Source of the DNA: Torpedo marmorata
Taxonomy: Eukaryota
Direction of reading: 5' to 3'
Length of the DNA: 64,000 nucleotides
Assembly: GCA_977017645.1 (NCBI GenBank)
Contig: OZ360220.1
Span: 30,504,001 to 30,568,000 of the forward strand
Part shown: positions 48,857 to 60,600 of the stretch, one piece after another
How positions within the stretch are numbered: position 1 is the first letter of the stretch
How the letters are laid out: every line of letters begins with the position of its first letter
The notes under the pieces: model-generated
The model's database searches: none
What the model saw: only the letters and a program-made list of their open reading frames with translations
What the model was told of the DNA's origin: nothing
Made by a program: the position numbers and the translations under genes

Positions 48857-51800
48857 CAGGGGCCCCCAAACTTTTTAGACCATTGACCCCTTCATGGAAT
48901 CCTTGATCCCTCATCGACCCCCAGGCATGTACAAATAAATAAATAGATAAATAAATAAGTAGACATGCAGTTTCCGTATGCATTAGTGAGGGAAACTGCA
49001 TACCAAACCCTGTGAGACTGTTGTTCTGTATCCCCTCCCCCTGTGAATATCTCATGAAATATAGGGAAGGAAAAACTGTTTACTGTCATTGTGGAAATCA
49101 TGAGAAATGTACAAAATATTGAATATAATGTTGGAATTCAACATAAAAGTGTTCAAACTTACCGAAATAAGTGGAAATACAGCATGATGAATGAATATAT
49201 CACATGAAATATAGGGAAATACACAGAGGAGAATCTGTTTGCTGCCATTTGGCGCAGATGTCATGACTATGACATCATTCAAATCCCTCTTACCAAACAC
49301 TCCTAGCAAACAGACAGAAAGAGAGAGAGAGGAAAGTCTGTTTGCTGTCATTTGGCGTAGGTATAATAATCGATCTATGTTCCAGTTTTGGTAACAATTG
49401 GTCCCATAGTGTCGGAGGAGTTTCGTGACAGACGACGACAGACAGACAAACTGAACTTCCAGGATCCCTATACTATACACGCGCGCTACATTTTCATTAC
49501 CCCCAGTTTCGATACCAAACCTAACATCAATAATAATAATAATGAGAGAAAAACTTCATAAATAACGTAGGTAAAATTAAATACATCAAAAATAAAATTA
49601 ACATACCTTTTTATTGAATTGGTTGACATCATTAATGGGAAGGATGTGTTTGATGAGCATTAGCAAGGGAATTGATATTTGGTTGGAGATTGGTGAGTTT
49701 TAGTTGTAAGTCACCACACTTCCAGATTCAGTCCGTTCCTCTGCTTTGTTATAACCGCATTTGCGTGGCTAAAACTAGCTTCAACCATGTACGAACTTGG
49801 GAATGCAAGTAAAAATGGCTCAACCGCTGCACTAAGCTTGGGGTATTTAGTAGCAGTATTTACATTGCTCCAATAGTCACTGAGGCTTTTACTTTTGAAC
49901 AATGATTTAGCTTTGAGATCCACACACATCAACGAGTTCATCTTCTAAGTGAGATTCAATGTCTGCATTTTCCATTTCCAAATCAAACGGTGTAACAATC
50001 CAGTCAGGTACGTGCATTTTCTCCAGGTCCTCGAAACGTACTTTAAAGTCTTCCCTTAATTTTTCAAGGTGCTTTATGTATATCTCCAGATCACAGTCTG
50101 AAATGTTTTCATCTTCCAATTGCCGTAAGTTTGAAAAATACTTAAAATCTCTACGTGCCAATGAAGATTTAAATAGGCCTATTTTGACTTGGAAACCTAT
50201 TAGGATTGTTCGGGCTTGAATAATTGTAACATCTTTACATTGCAGACGTTTGTGTACTTCATTACATTTTGAATATAGGTCTGCAAATAGAACAGATGGT
50301 TCTTACACTTTTTCAACTCGTCACATAGTGATGGGTCCATATCCGTTCACAGTTGAGTCATACAGGTCAACAAGTCTTTGCAAGCTGTCACCTTGATAAC
50401 CACCTAACCTCAGTGTGCAAAAGTAATTGATTCAAAGTTTCATCATTTTTTTCACACATCATTGCAAACAGTCGTGAATTGAGAGGATGTGCTTTAATTT
50501 TATTGACTGACCTGATACACACTTTTAAGGCATTATGCAGTTCACCACTGAGTTTCTTGGCTGCAAGATGGTGTCTGTGTAATACACAGTGAACAGTACG
50601 TACATTGGGAACCTTTTCCTTGAGTTAGGCGGCAAATCCTCTGTAACGGCCAACCATTGCTGGTGCACCGTCGGGAGCCACTGCAGTAATATTCCCAAGG
50701 GGAACATTGTGTTTCTTCAAATAATCCTCCAAACAAAAACTCGTCAACAATGCACTTTAGGCTTGGACTATAATACCTCACATAGGCCATGAGAATATTT
50801 GAACTGCCGAAAGTTGCTTCATTGAGTTGGATGGAAAACTTGCAATGTTGAAGCTCAGATGCCAAGGTTTTCTCCACATCGGCCATCTCATCAATGCGTC
50901 GTTGCACTGTATTTGCACTTAATGGCATGAATTTTAGAATAGGTTGAGAGTCTTCATAACATTTTCAATCACATCTTTAATTGCTGCTATTATGATCTCC
51001 TCACCAATGGTATACGATTTTCCTTTCTTTGCTATATTAAGGGCGATACTGTATGATGCCTTCAGTCCTCCTTCATTATCAGCACTGGCAGGTGCTTTAA
51101 AAACTGTCTTTAAATTTGGTCGATTTCTGATTTTTTTTCTTTCAGCGCTTTTATAAAAAAAAAAAAAAAAAATCAAGAACTTTGTTTTTCTTATCAGTGA
51201 ATTCTTTCGAGGTGGTCTTTCATCTTCACAGGTTTCATGGCATCTTTACTGAAAGTCTTTTCACATAACAGGTACATAGGCATTGTTTCAATAGTAAACG
51301 AAGGTACGAATCCAAATTTCAAATACTCTTGTGAATATTGTTGGCACTTATTCTTAGCATTAGCGGCCGCCATTATGCTTACTAGAAATGTGGCAAATTT
51401 ACACAGTAAATGCACAGCTATCAGTTCACTGACACCACTCCGATAGCTATGGCTGTCTCTGGACCAGTTGGCGCCGTTGGACAGGAAATCATGCGGCCGG
51501 GATACTCAGCCAAGCATTGCCACAACCCAGATTTTCGTTACATACTTGAAATGTTTTAAAATGTTGCAAGACTACAGTGCTAATGATGAATAATATAGTT
51601 AATACGTTTATCGAGTATTTTAAAAAAAAAAATAGAGCATATAAGAAAATCCAAGTCAATTCATCCATGTGGAAACAAGTATTACAACAGTCCATTGTCT
51701 TGTGATTCCAACTAATAATAAATTATTATAAACTATATTATTATCATTATGTTTCAGTAAACAGAATATAAAATAGACAATAAAAACGAATATAAATCAG

Positions 51801-51982
51801 AAATGTGTATCGGCAAGTTGTATTTTATGTATTTTTATTTATTATATGAATGTCAGCTTTCGACCCCAAAAGTTCAATCGACCCCCCCCTCCCCGTGTTT
51901 ATTGACCCCCAGGCATTTATCGACCCCTTGGATTGTCCCATCGACCCCTAGGGGTCAATATCGATCACTTTGGAGACCCCTG
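48857..51982 (-). mobile_element. hAT Buster-family DNA transposon with frameshifted transposase (~49650-51375)
   Basis: TIRs caggggcccccaaa/tttggagacccctg. 8-bp TSD atgtaaag/gtgtaaag. Subterminal tcgacccc repeats. Motifs QYSQEYLKFGF, PLSANTVQRRIDEMA, FSIQLNEAT, FPSSYMVEASFS (ZBED5/SCAND3-like). Confidence 0.9.
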
Positions 51983-52309
51983 GTGTAAAGCAAGTAGAGC
52001 AGGGGGCTAAGTTCACAGCCCTGCGGTGCTCCGGAGCTGATGGAGATTGTGGAGGAGATGTTCTTGCACTGATTGGGGTCTGGATGTTAGGAAATCCAAG
52101 ATCCAATTACACAGTGGGATGAGGGGATTTGATGGATGGGAGATCAAGTTAGTGCAAATGTTGTTTGGTTCGCAGAAGTTTTCTCAGTGGATTGGTGCTT
52201 GAAGCTGGACTCTCATTGGTATAAGATGCCTTGCACTGTTTGACATTATACCCTGCACTTTTGTTTTATTATAATGCTGTCCCCTGCACCTTTGTTTTTA
52301 TTCTTCCGT

Positions 52310-52725
52310 TACCATACCATTACCAACTGGATGGTATTAACATTAACTTCTCCAGTTTCCGCTAGCCTACTCTCCGATCTCCCTCCCTTCCCTTTCCCCT
52401 TGTCTTTCCTCCAGCCCTCCACCCCTTCCCTCTCCATTCACAGAGCCATCGCTCCTCCCCCTGCTTGCTGGTGTGCTCTCCCTCCTTTATCCACCTATTA
52501 CCTCCTGCCTTTGGGATCATTCTCCTCCCCCCCACCATTTTGTTCGGGTGCCTGCCGACTTTTTTTCATAACTTGATGAAGGGCTCATGCCTGAAGCATT
52601 GGTTATGTATCTTTATCTTTGCTACATAAAGTACAGTACACTGTTTGACCTGCTGAGTTTCTCAAGCATTGTGTTTTTACTTCAACCACGGTGTCTGCAG
52701 ACTTTCGTGTTTTACACCTGTTATA
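52310..52725 (+). mobile_element. Penelope 3' end/pLTR inserted in a Rex1 tail
   Basis: ttgatgaagggctcatgcctgaag...acctgctgagtttctc; homologous to 52851-53230 in reverse. Confidence 0.75.
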
Positions 52726-52850
52726 CTGTCTATTTGTCTTGCCTTGATAGTATGCACAACAAACATCTCTACGCGTAACAATAAACAATCCAGTTCAATA
52801 TATTTCCAAGTCAGGGCGGTGTGGGTCTTGGAGGGCTACTTCCAGATGGT

Positions 52851-54987
52851 AAAGTAAAACACGAAAATCTGTAGACACCGTGATTGAAGTAAAAAACACA
52901 AATGCTAGAGAAACTCAGCAGGTCAAACAGTGTCTTTTATGTAGCAAAGGTAGAAATACATAACCGACGTTTCGGGATTGAGCTCTTCATAAAAGTATGA
53001 GAAAATGCCGGTAGGCGTCCGAACAAAAGAGTGAGGGGGGAAGGGGGGTGGCAAAGGCAGGAGATGATAGGTGGAGAAAGGAGGGAGGGGACAGCAGCAA
53101 AGGGGGAGGATGGATGGCTGGGTAGGTGGAGAAAAACAGGAAGGACAGGTGAGGGGGGGGGGGGAAGGGAACGACAAGCAGGTTTAGTGGAAAGCAGAAA
53201 AGTCAATGTTAATGCCATCTGGCTGGAGAGTGCCGAGACGGGAAATGAGATGTTGTTCCTCCAATTTGCGGGTAGTCTGGGTGGGATAGTACATAAGGCC
53301 ATGGACAGACATGTGAGTGTGGGAGTGTGACCCGGAATTGAAATGGTTGGCTACTGGGAGGTCGCTGTTGTTGCGGACGGAGAGGAGGTGCTCAGCAAAG
53401 CGGTCTCCCAATCTAGGACCGGTCTCTCCGATGTAGAGAAAGCCACAAAGGGAGCACCGGATGCAGTAAATAAGTTCTCTGGATGTACAAGTGAAGTGTA
53501 GTTTCACTTGGAAGGCCTGTTTGGGGCCCTGGACCGTGGTGAGGGGGGAGGTGTGGGCGCAGGTGTTGCCCCTCCTGCGGGCACAGGGGAAGGTGCCGGG
53601 GGTGCGATGGGTGGGGAAAGATGAGTGCACGATGAATCGCGGAGGGAGCGGTCCCTACGTAAGGCCGAGAGGGGAGGAGAAGGAAAAATGTGTCTGGTGG
53701 TGGGATCCTGTAGTAAGTGCGGGAAATTCCGGCAGATAATGTGTTGGATGCGGAGGCTGGTGGGGTGGTAGGTGAGGATGAGGGGGATTCTATGTTTGTT
53801 GCGTCTGGGGGCAGAGGGGGCCAGGGCAGATGAGTGGGAAATGGAGGAGATGCGGGTGAGGGCTGAGTTGATGGTGGTGGAGGGGAAGCCACGTTTGTGG
53901 AAAAAGGCAGACATTTCAGAAGATCTGGACTGGAACACCTCATCTTGGGAACAGATGTGGCGGAGACGGAGAAATTGAGAGAAGGGGATGGAATCCTTGC
54001 AGGGGACAGGGTGTGAGGAAGTGTAGTCCAGATAGTTGTGGGAGTTGGAGGGTTTGTAGTAAATGTTGGTGGAAAGCTTGTCTCCTGAGATGGAGACACA
54101 GAGATCCAGGAAGGGGAGAGTGTTATCGGAGATGGACCAGGTGAGTTTGAGATCGTGGTGGAAGTTAGATGCGAAGTGGATGAAGTTGACAAGCTCTTCG
54201 CGGGTGCATGAGGCAGCCCCGATGTAGTCGTCGATATAACGGAGGAAGAGATGAGGGGTCTTGCCTGTGTAGGTTTGCTGCATGGATTGCTCCACAAAGC
54301 CCACAAACAGGCAGGCGTAGCTGGGACCTATGCGAGTACCCATGGCTACTCCTTTGATTTGGAGGAAGTGGGATGAGTTGAAGAAGTTATTGAGAGTGAG
54401 GACAAGTTCTGCCAGGCGGAGGAGGGAGGTGGTAGATGGTGACTGGTCGGGTCTTTGGTCCAGGAAGAAGCGAAGTGCTTTCAGACCTTCTGTGTGGGGG
54501 ATAGAGGTATAAAGGGATTGGACATCCATGGTAAAGATGATGTGGTCTGGTTCAGGGAATCTGAAGTCATTGAGGAGATGGAGGGCATATGAGGTGTCGC
54601 GGATGTAGGTGGGGAGGGATTGGACCAGGGGAGAAAAGATGGAGTCAACGAAAGATGAAACGAGTTCAGTGGGGCAGGAGCAGACAGAAACAATGGGTCT
54701 GCCCGGATGGTTGGGTTTGTGTATCTTGGGTAGAAGGTAGAAACGGGCAGTGCAGGGGTGGGGGTGAATGAGGTTGGTGGCCGTGGAGGGGAGGTGACCG
54801 TAGGTGATGAGGTCGGTGATGGTGTTGGAGACAGTGGCTTGATGTGCAGAGGTGAGGTCCTGTGGGAGGGGTCGGTAGGAGGAGGTGTCTGAGAGTTGTC
54901 GACTGGCCTCGGCAAGGTAGAGGTCAGTGCGCCAGACCACAACCGCACCGCCCTTGTCTGCAGGTTTGATGGTGAGGTAAGTTTTTA
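52851..54987 (-). mobile_element. Penelope-like element: RT, GIY-YIG endonuclease and pLTR
   Basis: TIKPADKGGAVVV, FYLLPKIHK, FTMDVQSLYT, GVAMGT and RYIDD in ORF 53504-55024; LIYCIRC...LYIGET in ORF 53184-53630. 13-bp TSD acttccagatggt at 52838-52850 and 54988-55000. Confidence 0.93.
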
Positions 54988-55897
54988 ACTTCCAGATGGT
55001 GGTGTTCCTAAGCTTTTGCCACACTTGTCTCTAGCTGGTGAAGGTGGTGAGTTTGGAAGATGCTGTCTAAGGAGATTTGGTGAGTAGGTGCAGTGCATCC
55101 TGCAGATCAGCCATTCTCGGCCTATTTTGGCTATGGACTCTGCTCAAAGTTTATAGGCCCCCTTCCCTGTGAAGCAGTCAAGTTATGGTTTCTTCTGTAC
55201 TTCTCGTCTTCCGAATACATTAAAAAAAAAAGAAATATTTGTTACATGAGGTGAAAAGGAAATAATCTTTCACTTAAATGTGCTGTTGTCCTGGGGGTGG
55301 GGGGGGGGTGCGGTCCATAGCACCCCATTGACAATTGCTGCTAGAGATGGTACTGACTGCAGCTACTGTGGAAAGGACTTGAAAAGACATTGATTGGAAC
55401 TTTTTTAAATGAATATTTAACAGGGAAAAGGTAAAAATATTAGATTAATTATTTGGTATGAAAGGAAATGTTTGGAGGGATGTGCAAAATTAATTGTGAA
55501 AATATAAAGATTTTAAAATTTGTTTGTTTGTTGTCACGTGCTGAGATACAATGCAAAAACTTTAATTTCGTGTGCTATCCAGGTTAGTCAACCCGTACAT
55601 AATACAGCAGGTGGTGCAAGAATAATACAAAAGTGTAGGGATAGTATCACAAAAAAATGCACTGTATCATGTTAAAGATAAAAGTGCAGTCAAACAGTGA
55701 AGGACATCATTTTGTGCTAATGGGAGGTCCATTCAAGAGTTTGATAACACCAGGAAAGAAACTGTCCTTGAATCGGAGGTGTGTGTTTTCAAACTCGAGT
55801 ATCTTCAGCCTGATGGTAGGGGGGAAGAAGAGAGTATAACCAGGGTGGGATGTTTCCTTGACACGTTGGCTGCTTTCCTGAGGCAGTGGGAGATAAT

Positions 55898-57460
55898 CCA
55901 TATATGCCGTTGTATAGGATGACCGATTTCAGATTTATTGTCAGAGTACATACATGATGTCACACACAACCCTGAGATTCTTTTTCCTGCGGGCGCGGCA
56001 GAATTACCACTAATTGGTAGTGCAAAAAGTAAACTCTACACAGCGTAAACATGTAAACAATCAAAAGAACTGCTAACAGGTAACATATAAAACTGACTGC
56101 AATACAGAGAGAGCAAAGAAAAATCAAAGTGCATGAGTAAGAGTCCTTAAATGAGTCTGATTTGACTTTGTGTATAGGATGACCCAGAATTTCCACCTAA
56201 AATGTTGGTTTAGAGCGATACCCTTTTGTATAAGACGACACCCCCATCAAAATCTGGATCTTACCGCTGAACAGATCACAATATTTTAATAACAAAGGAT
56301 CATTTAAAGATTTAAATTTTATTTGGATATTTTAAAATACACTACTATCGACTCCTGTAACAGGATGTTTAAAGCCTGTACAGAGCCGACAGCAGTCGGA
56401 CCGGGCAGATGGACCCCGCAGAGGAGCGGTGAGACTTCGCAAATAACTAACAGGGCATGGGCCAGATTGCGCCTGAGCCGGCAGGAAGATTCAAGATCAA
56501 GATTCAAGATTCAATTTATTGTCATAGCAATAAGACAGTGTCATATACCACAAAATTTCTTTTTGCCTGCTGCAAGGCAGACAGATTCGCCATCGGCAGA
56601 AATTGCCTAAGCGCCTCTAACATTCCTTACAGTCAGAGAAAGAGAAGCAAAAGAGAGTCCCCCCAGAGTCACCGAGTGTCCATAGATTCGCCTCCAGCGC
56701 TTCCGCAGCCACACAGAGTCCAGTCCAAACGATCGGCATCCCGAGCTCCAGATCCGAACCTCCAACACGGTCAGGTCGCCCTCGGCACCCCCTCACATCC
56801 TGGTTCCGATACCTGGTACTCCTCCAGCCAGTTCGAGCCAACCTCCAGCAGTCCGCAGCCCATCGTGAGTCCCCCGACAACAGTCTCCAGCAGCCCACAG
56901 CCTCCGCGGGTTCTTCGCCTCGAGTCGCCAGCAGCCCGCCGCATGCACTGGTCCTTCAGCCTCAGAACCCCTCACCGGTCCGCCGCTGTGCTCACCGTCC
57001 CGTGGATCGTCTCCTCCGCTTCTCCTCAGACGGGGGTGATCTTCCTGTCCACTGGTGCCCTGCTCCAGTCCCCCGCTTGCCCGGAGTCTGCAGCCCCTCG
57101 TGGCTGCTGCCGATTAATAGGCGCTGCCATCTTGGGCGCAGACCCCGCTGTCGTGGGATCTCAAATAAAACCACCGTCGGCTCCTTTAACGGGTCGTTCA
57201 AAGCCTGTGCGGAACCGACGGCAGTCGACTGGGCGGCTGGACCCCGCGGGAGCGCTGTATCTACGCTCCCACGCTCCCTGCGGGTCCGCACCAGCGGCAG
57301 CGCTGCCGCTACAGCGGCTTCGGCAGCGCCGCCATCTTCAGTATGGCGGCGGTGTTGAAACTACGTCAAGGTTAAAATTTTAGACCCTTTGTATAGGACA
57401 ACCCTGATTTTAAGATGAAATTTTAAAGTTTCAGATCGTCCTATACAACGGCATATACGG
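55898..57460. mobile_element. Tc1/mariner-type MITE (inserted in a Rex1 fragment ~55520-57630) with nested Rex1 tail and retroposon
   Basis: TIRs ccatatatgccgttgtataggatga/tcgtcctatacaacggcatatacgg followed by TA; internal tttgtatagga repeats. Confidence 0.75.
56487..57340 (-). mobile_element. GC-rich non-autonomous retroposon, copy E (full-length)
   Basis: Head aagatggcggcgc at ~57338; tail tgacaataaattgaatcttgaatcttga at ~56490. Confidence 0.82.
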
Positions 57461-57669
57461 TAGATGGAATCGATAGAAGGAAGTTTTGACCTGAGCTACA
57501 TTCACAACTCTGCAGTTTCTTGCTGTCTTGGGTAGAGTAGTTCTCCTACCAAGCTGTGATGCATCCAGACAAGATGCTTTCCCTCGTGAATCTTTTAAAA
57601 TTGGTAAGGGTCCCTGGGGATGTGTTCAGTGAGGAGCGAGACTTGACAATTTACTAAATTGAAGATTTT

Positions 57670-60600
57670 TAAAAAAAAATATTTTATTTAAAATTTTTAA
57701 ATCACAAAATACATAAAATGGAATATAAAATTATCAAATTATTTGTGATACAATTTCACCCCCCCTCCCTCCCTCCCCAACCCTCCCAACCCCACTAATC
57801 TAATAAAAAATAAAAAAAATTAAAAAAAATAGAAAAAGAAGAAGAAAAAAGAAAGAAAAAGATAGAGTAAGGGGAATGCCAATCTATAAACTAATTCTAT
57901 TATGGAGGTCAAGTATGCCAGCAGATCCGATATCTAGAGATCTTCAAATCCTTAAACCAACAGCTTTCATATATGGGCTCCAAATTTTTTAAAAAGATAA
58001 GTAATTTTTTCAAGTGGTATTGTTACAGAATCAAACCAGCAACGACAGAAGACGCAATGCAAAAGGGGTAAAAATTGAAATTATTATTTATTAAACACAA
58101 GTAAACATATAATTTCACAACAATTAACCCCACTATAAACGTCTATAAACTCTATTCTTATCTAAAAGGTGTATGTGTGTGTGTGTAAAGCCCAGACCAT
58201 TACAGTCTGTGCCCGACCCTTATGTAAAAAAAATGGAAAAACTTTCCCCAAAAACCCCAGGTCAGTCATAAAAAAACAAGTCAGTCAAAAAAAAAAGATA
58301 AACAGTCCACAAGATTCACTCTAAGTTCAGGCTTCACTTCAGCTCTGGGTCTGGTAGAAGTACTTCTGAATGAACGTTGGAGAGAGACAATGACTGATTA
58401 TGCTTACAAATACTTGTTTTCTTCTCTGATGACGTCCCCTTCTTGTAGGTTCATAAGGATTGCAAGTTCCAGATCAGTATACCACTGATTTAGGCGTATG
58501 CTTGAATCTCACAGCTAGTCTCGCTGATCTCACGCCTGTTCTCCACAGAAATAGCTTTTTCTCAGAATTTTTCTCTGACACAGGAGGCCATGTGCTATTT
58601 TGCCAGATTTTCTCTGACTGCACACAAACCTGGATACTGGCTGTGTTCTGTAGCCTTGCAACTCACAACTGTGTCTGCTTTGCAGAGATCTGCCCCTGCT
58701 TTTTGCAGAAGTGAAACAAATGTATCTTGTTCAGCCTGTCTCTGTCTCTCTCTGGTCTCTGTCTGGGTACACCAGAAGTGTGCAACATTGTATCTTGTCT
58801 GGGTACACCAAGTAGCTGGGGAAGTTAACCCTTTCAGTACCTGGCCCCAGTGTATACTCCAAAAGAATTCATCCTTCCTGCTAACCGTCCGCAGTCCAAA
58901 TGGTCAGTCATGGTCCATAACAGTATACATGAACGAAGTTCTGCATGCCATCTTTCTAATTCTAAATCAGATTTCCAAGTAATAGCAATGCACTTCTTTG
59001 AAACAGCTAAAGCAATTCGCAAAAATTCTATTTGATACATATTTAGTTTCACCTTAATACTAAATTTTCTAAATATCTCCAAACAAAAATATCATAGGAT
59101 CCATTGGAAATGTAATCTTAAATACTTTATCTAAAAAAATTTTAACTTTCAACCAAAAATCATAAACTTTTGGACAAAACCATGTAGAATGTACAAAAGA
59201 CCCTTCCTCTTTATTAAATCTAAAACATAAACCTGATAATGTCGGATTAAATTTCTTTAATTTTTTAGGTATTAAATATATTTGATGAAAAAAATTGTAT
59301 TGTACTAGTCTATATCTAACATTAATAATCTTCGTCATACTTAATTTACATAATTCATTCCAATGATTTTCATCTATTCTTACATTCAAATCTAATTCCC
59401 ATTTTAATCTTGATTTATGCAAACCTACTTTAGGCATTTTCCTCTGAAACAATTTATACATTTGAGAAATAAATTTATTAACATCTCCATTAGTAACTAA
59501 TAATTCTAATTCATTTTGTCTTGGTAAAATCAAAGCATAACCTAATTTCTCAATCCGAAAAGCTCTAATTTGATAATAAGCAAAAAGTGTATGATCTAAT
59601 ATATTAAATTTATCTTTCATTCTTTGAAACGTAATAAATTTCCCAGCTTCAAAACAATCATTAATCTTCTTAATTCGTTTTTGAAACCAAATTTTAAATA
59701 ATTGATTATTAATAGTAAATGGAATAAGTCCATTTTGATATAAAGGCATCCTTGAAGAAATCAATCCTTTTCCTCCTATTTCTTTATCCGTCTTATTCCA
59801 TATTTCTAACAAATGTTTAAAAATAGGCGAATTTTTCCTTCTTGTTGATATTAATTTAGAATCCTATTTATAAATAATTTCTTCTTTGGAATCTTCTCCT
59901 ATATTATTTAGCTCTATTTTAATCCAAGCAGAAGATTTAGTTGAATCAAAAAATTCATTAACAAATTTTAGTTGAGCTGCTTTATAATAATTTTGAAAAT
60001 TAGGAAGTTGTAAACCACCCATTTCAGAATTCCAAGTTAATTTTTCGATACCTACTCTTGCTAACTTTCCTTTCCATAAAAATTTTCTAATAATTGAATT
60101 TAAATCTTTAAAAAAATTTTGAGGAATTCCATAAGGGATTGATTGAAAAAGATATTGAATTCTTGGAAAAACATTCATTTTAATACAATTTACTCTTCCC
60201 ATTAAAGTTATAGGTAAGTCTTTCCAATTTTCTAAATCTTTCTTTATTTTCACAAATAATGGTAGATAATTTAATGTGTATAAATTAGCCAATTTTGTAT
60301 CAACCCTTATTCCCAAATATTTAATTCCTTCCTTTGCCCATTTAAATTGTGTAATTTCTTTACATCTACTATAATCCCCTTGTGATAATGCCATAATTTC
60401 ACTTTTATCAGAATTAATTTTATATCCAGATATTTTCCCATACTCTCTCAATAAAACAGACAATTGTACTAAAGATGTAGTGGATTTTGTCATATATATC
60501 AATACATCATCTGCAAACAAACTAATTTTATGTTCTTCCATTCCAACTTTAATACCAACTATTTTAGGATCTTTTCTAACTAATTCTGCCAAAGGTTCTA

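Larger units (their letters stand above)
47640..52125 (-). mobile_element. Rex1/Babar LINE fragment (47640-48856 and 51991-52125) split by a SINE and an hAT
   Basis: ORFs 47909-48289 and 48126-48377 (FKFLGVTISEDL, VESVLTGCITAWYG); KFADDT at ~48800. Confidence 0.82.

Noticed and set aside
49650-51415. Domesticated ZBED5/SCAND3-like host gene
   Set aside because: Multiple frameshifts, and it is flanked by TIRs and an 8-bp TSD; a decayed transposon.
56457-57383. 308-aa ORF (and similar ORFs at 12916, 15463, 28922) as a conserved protein family
   Set aside because: The similarity is due to the repeat; frames are not conserved between copies, and GC-richness explains the scarcity of stops.
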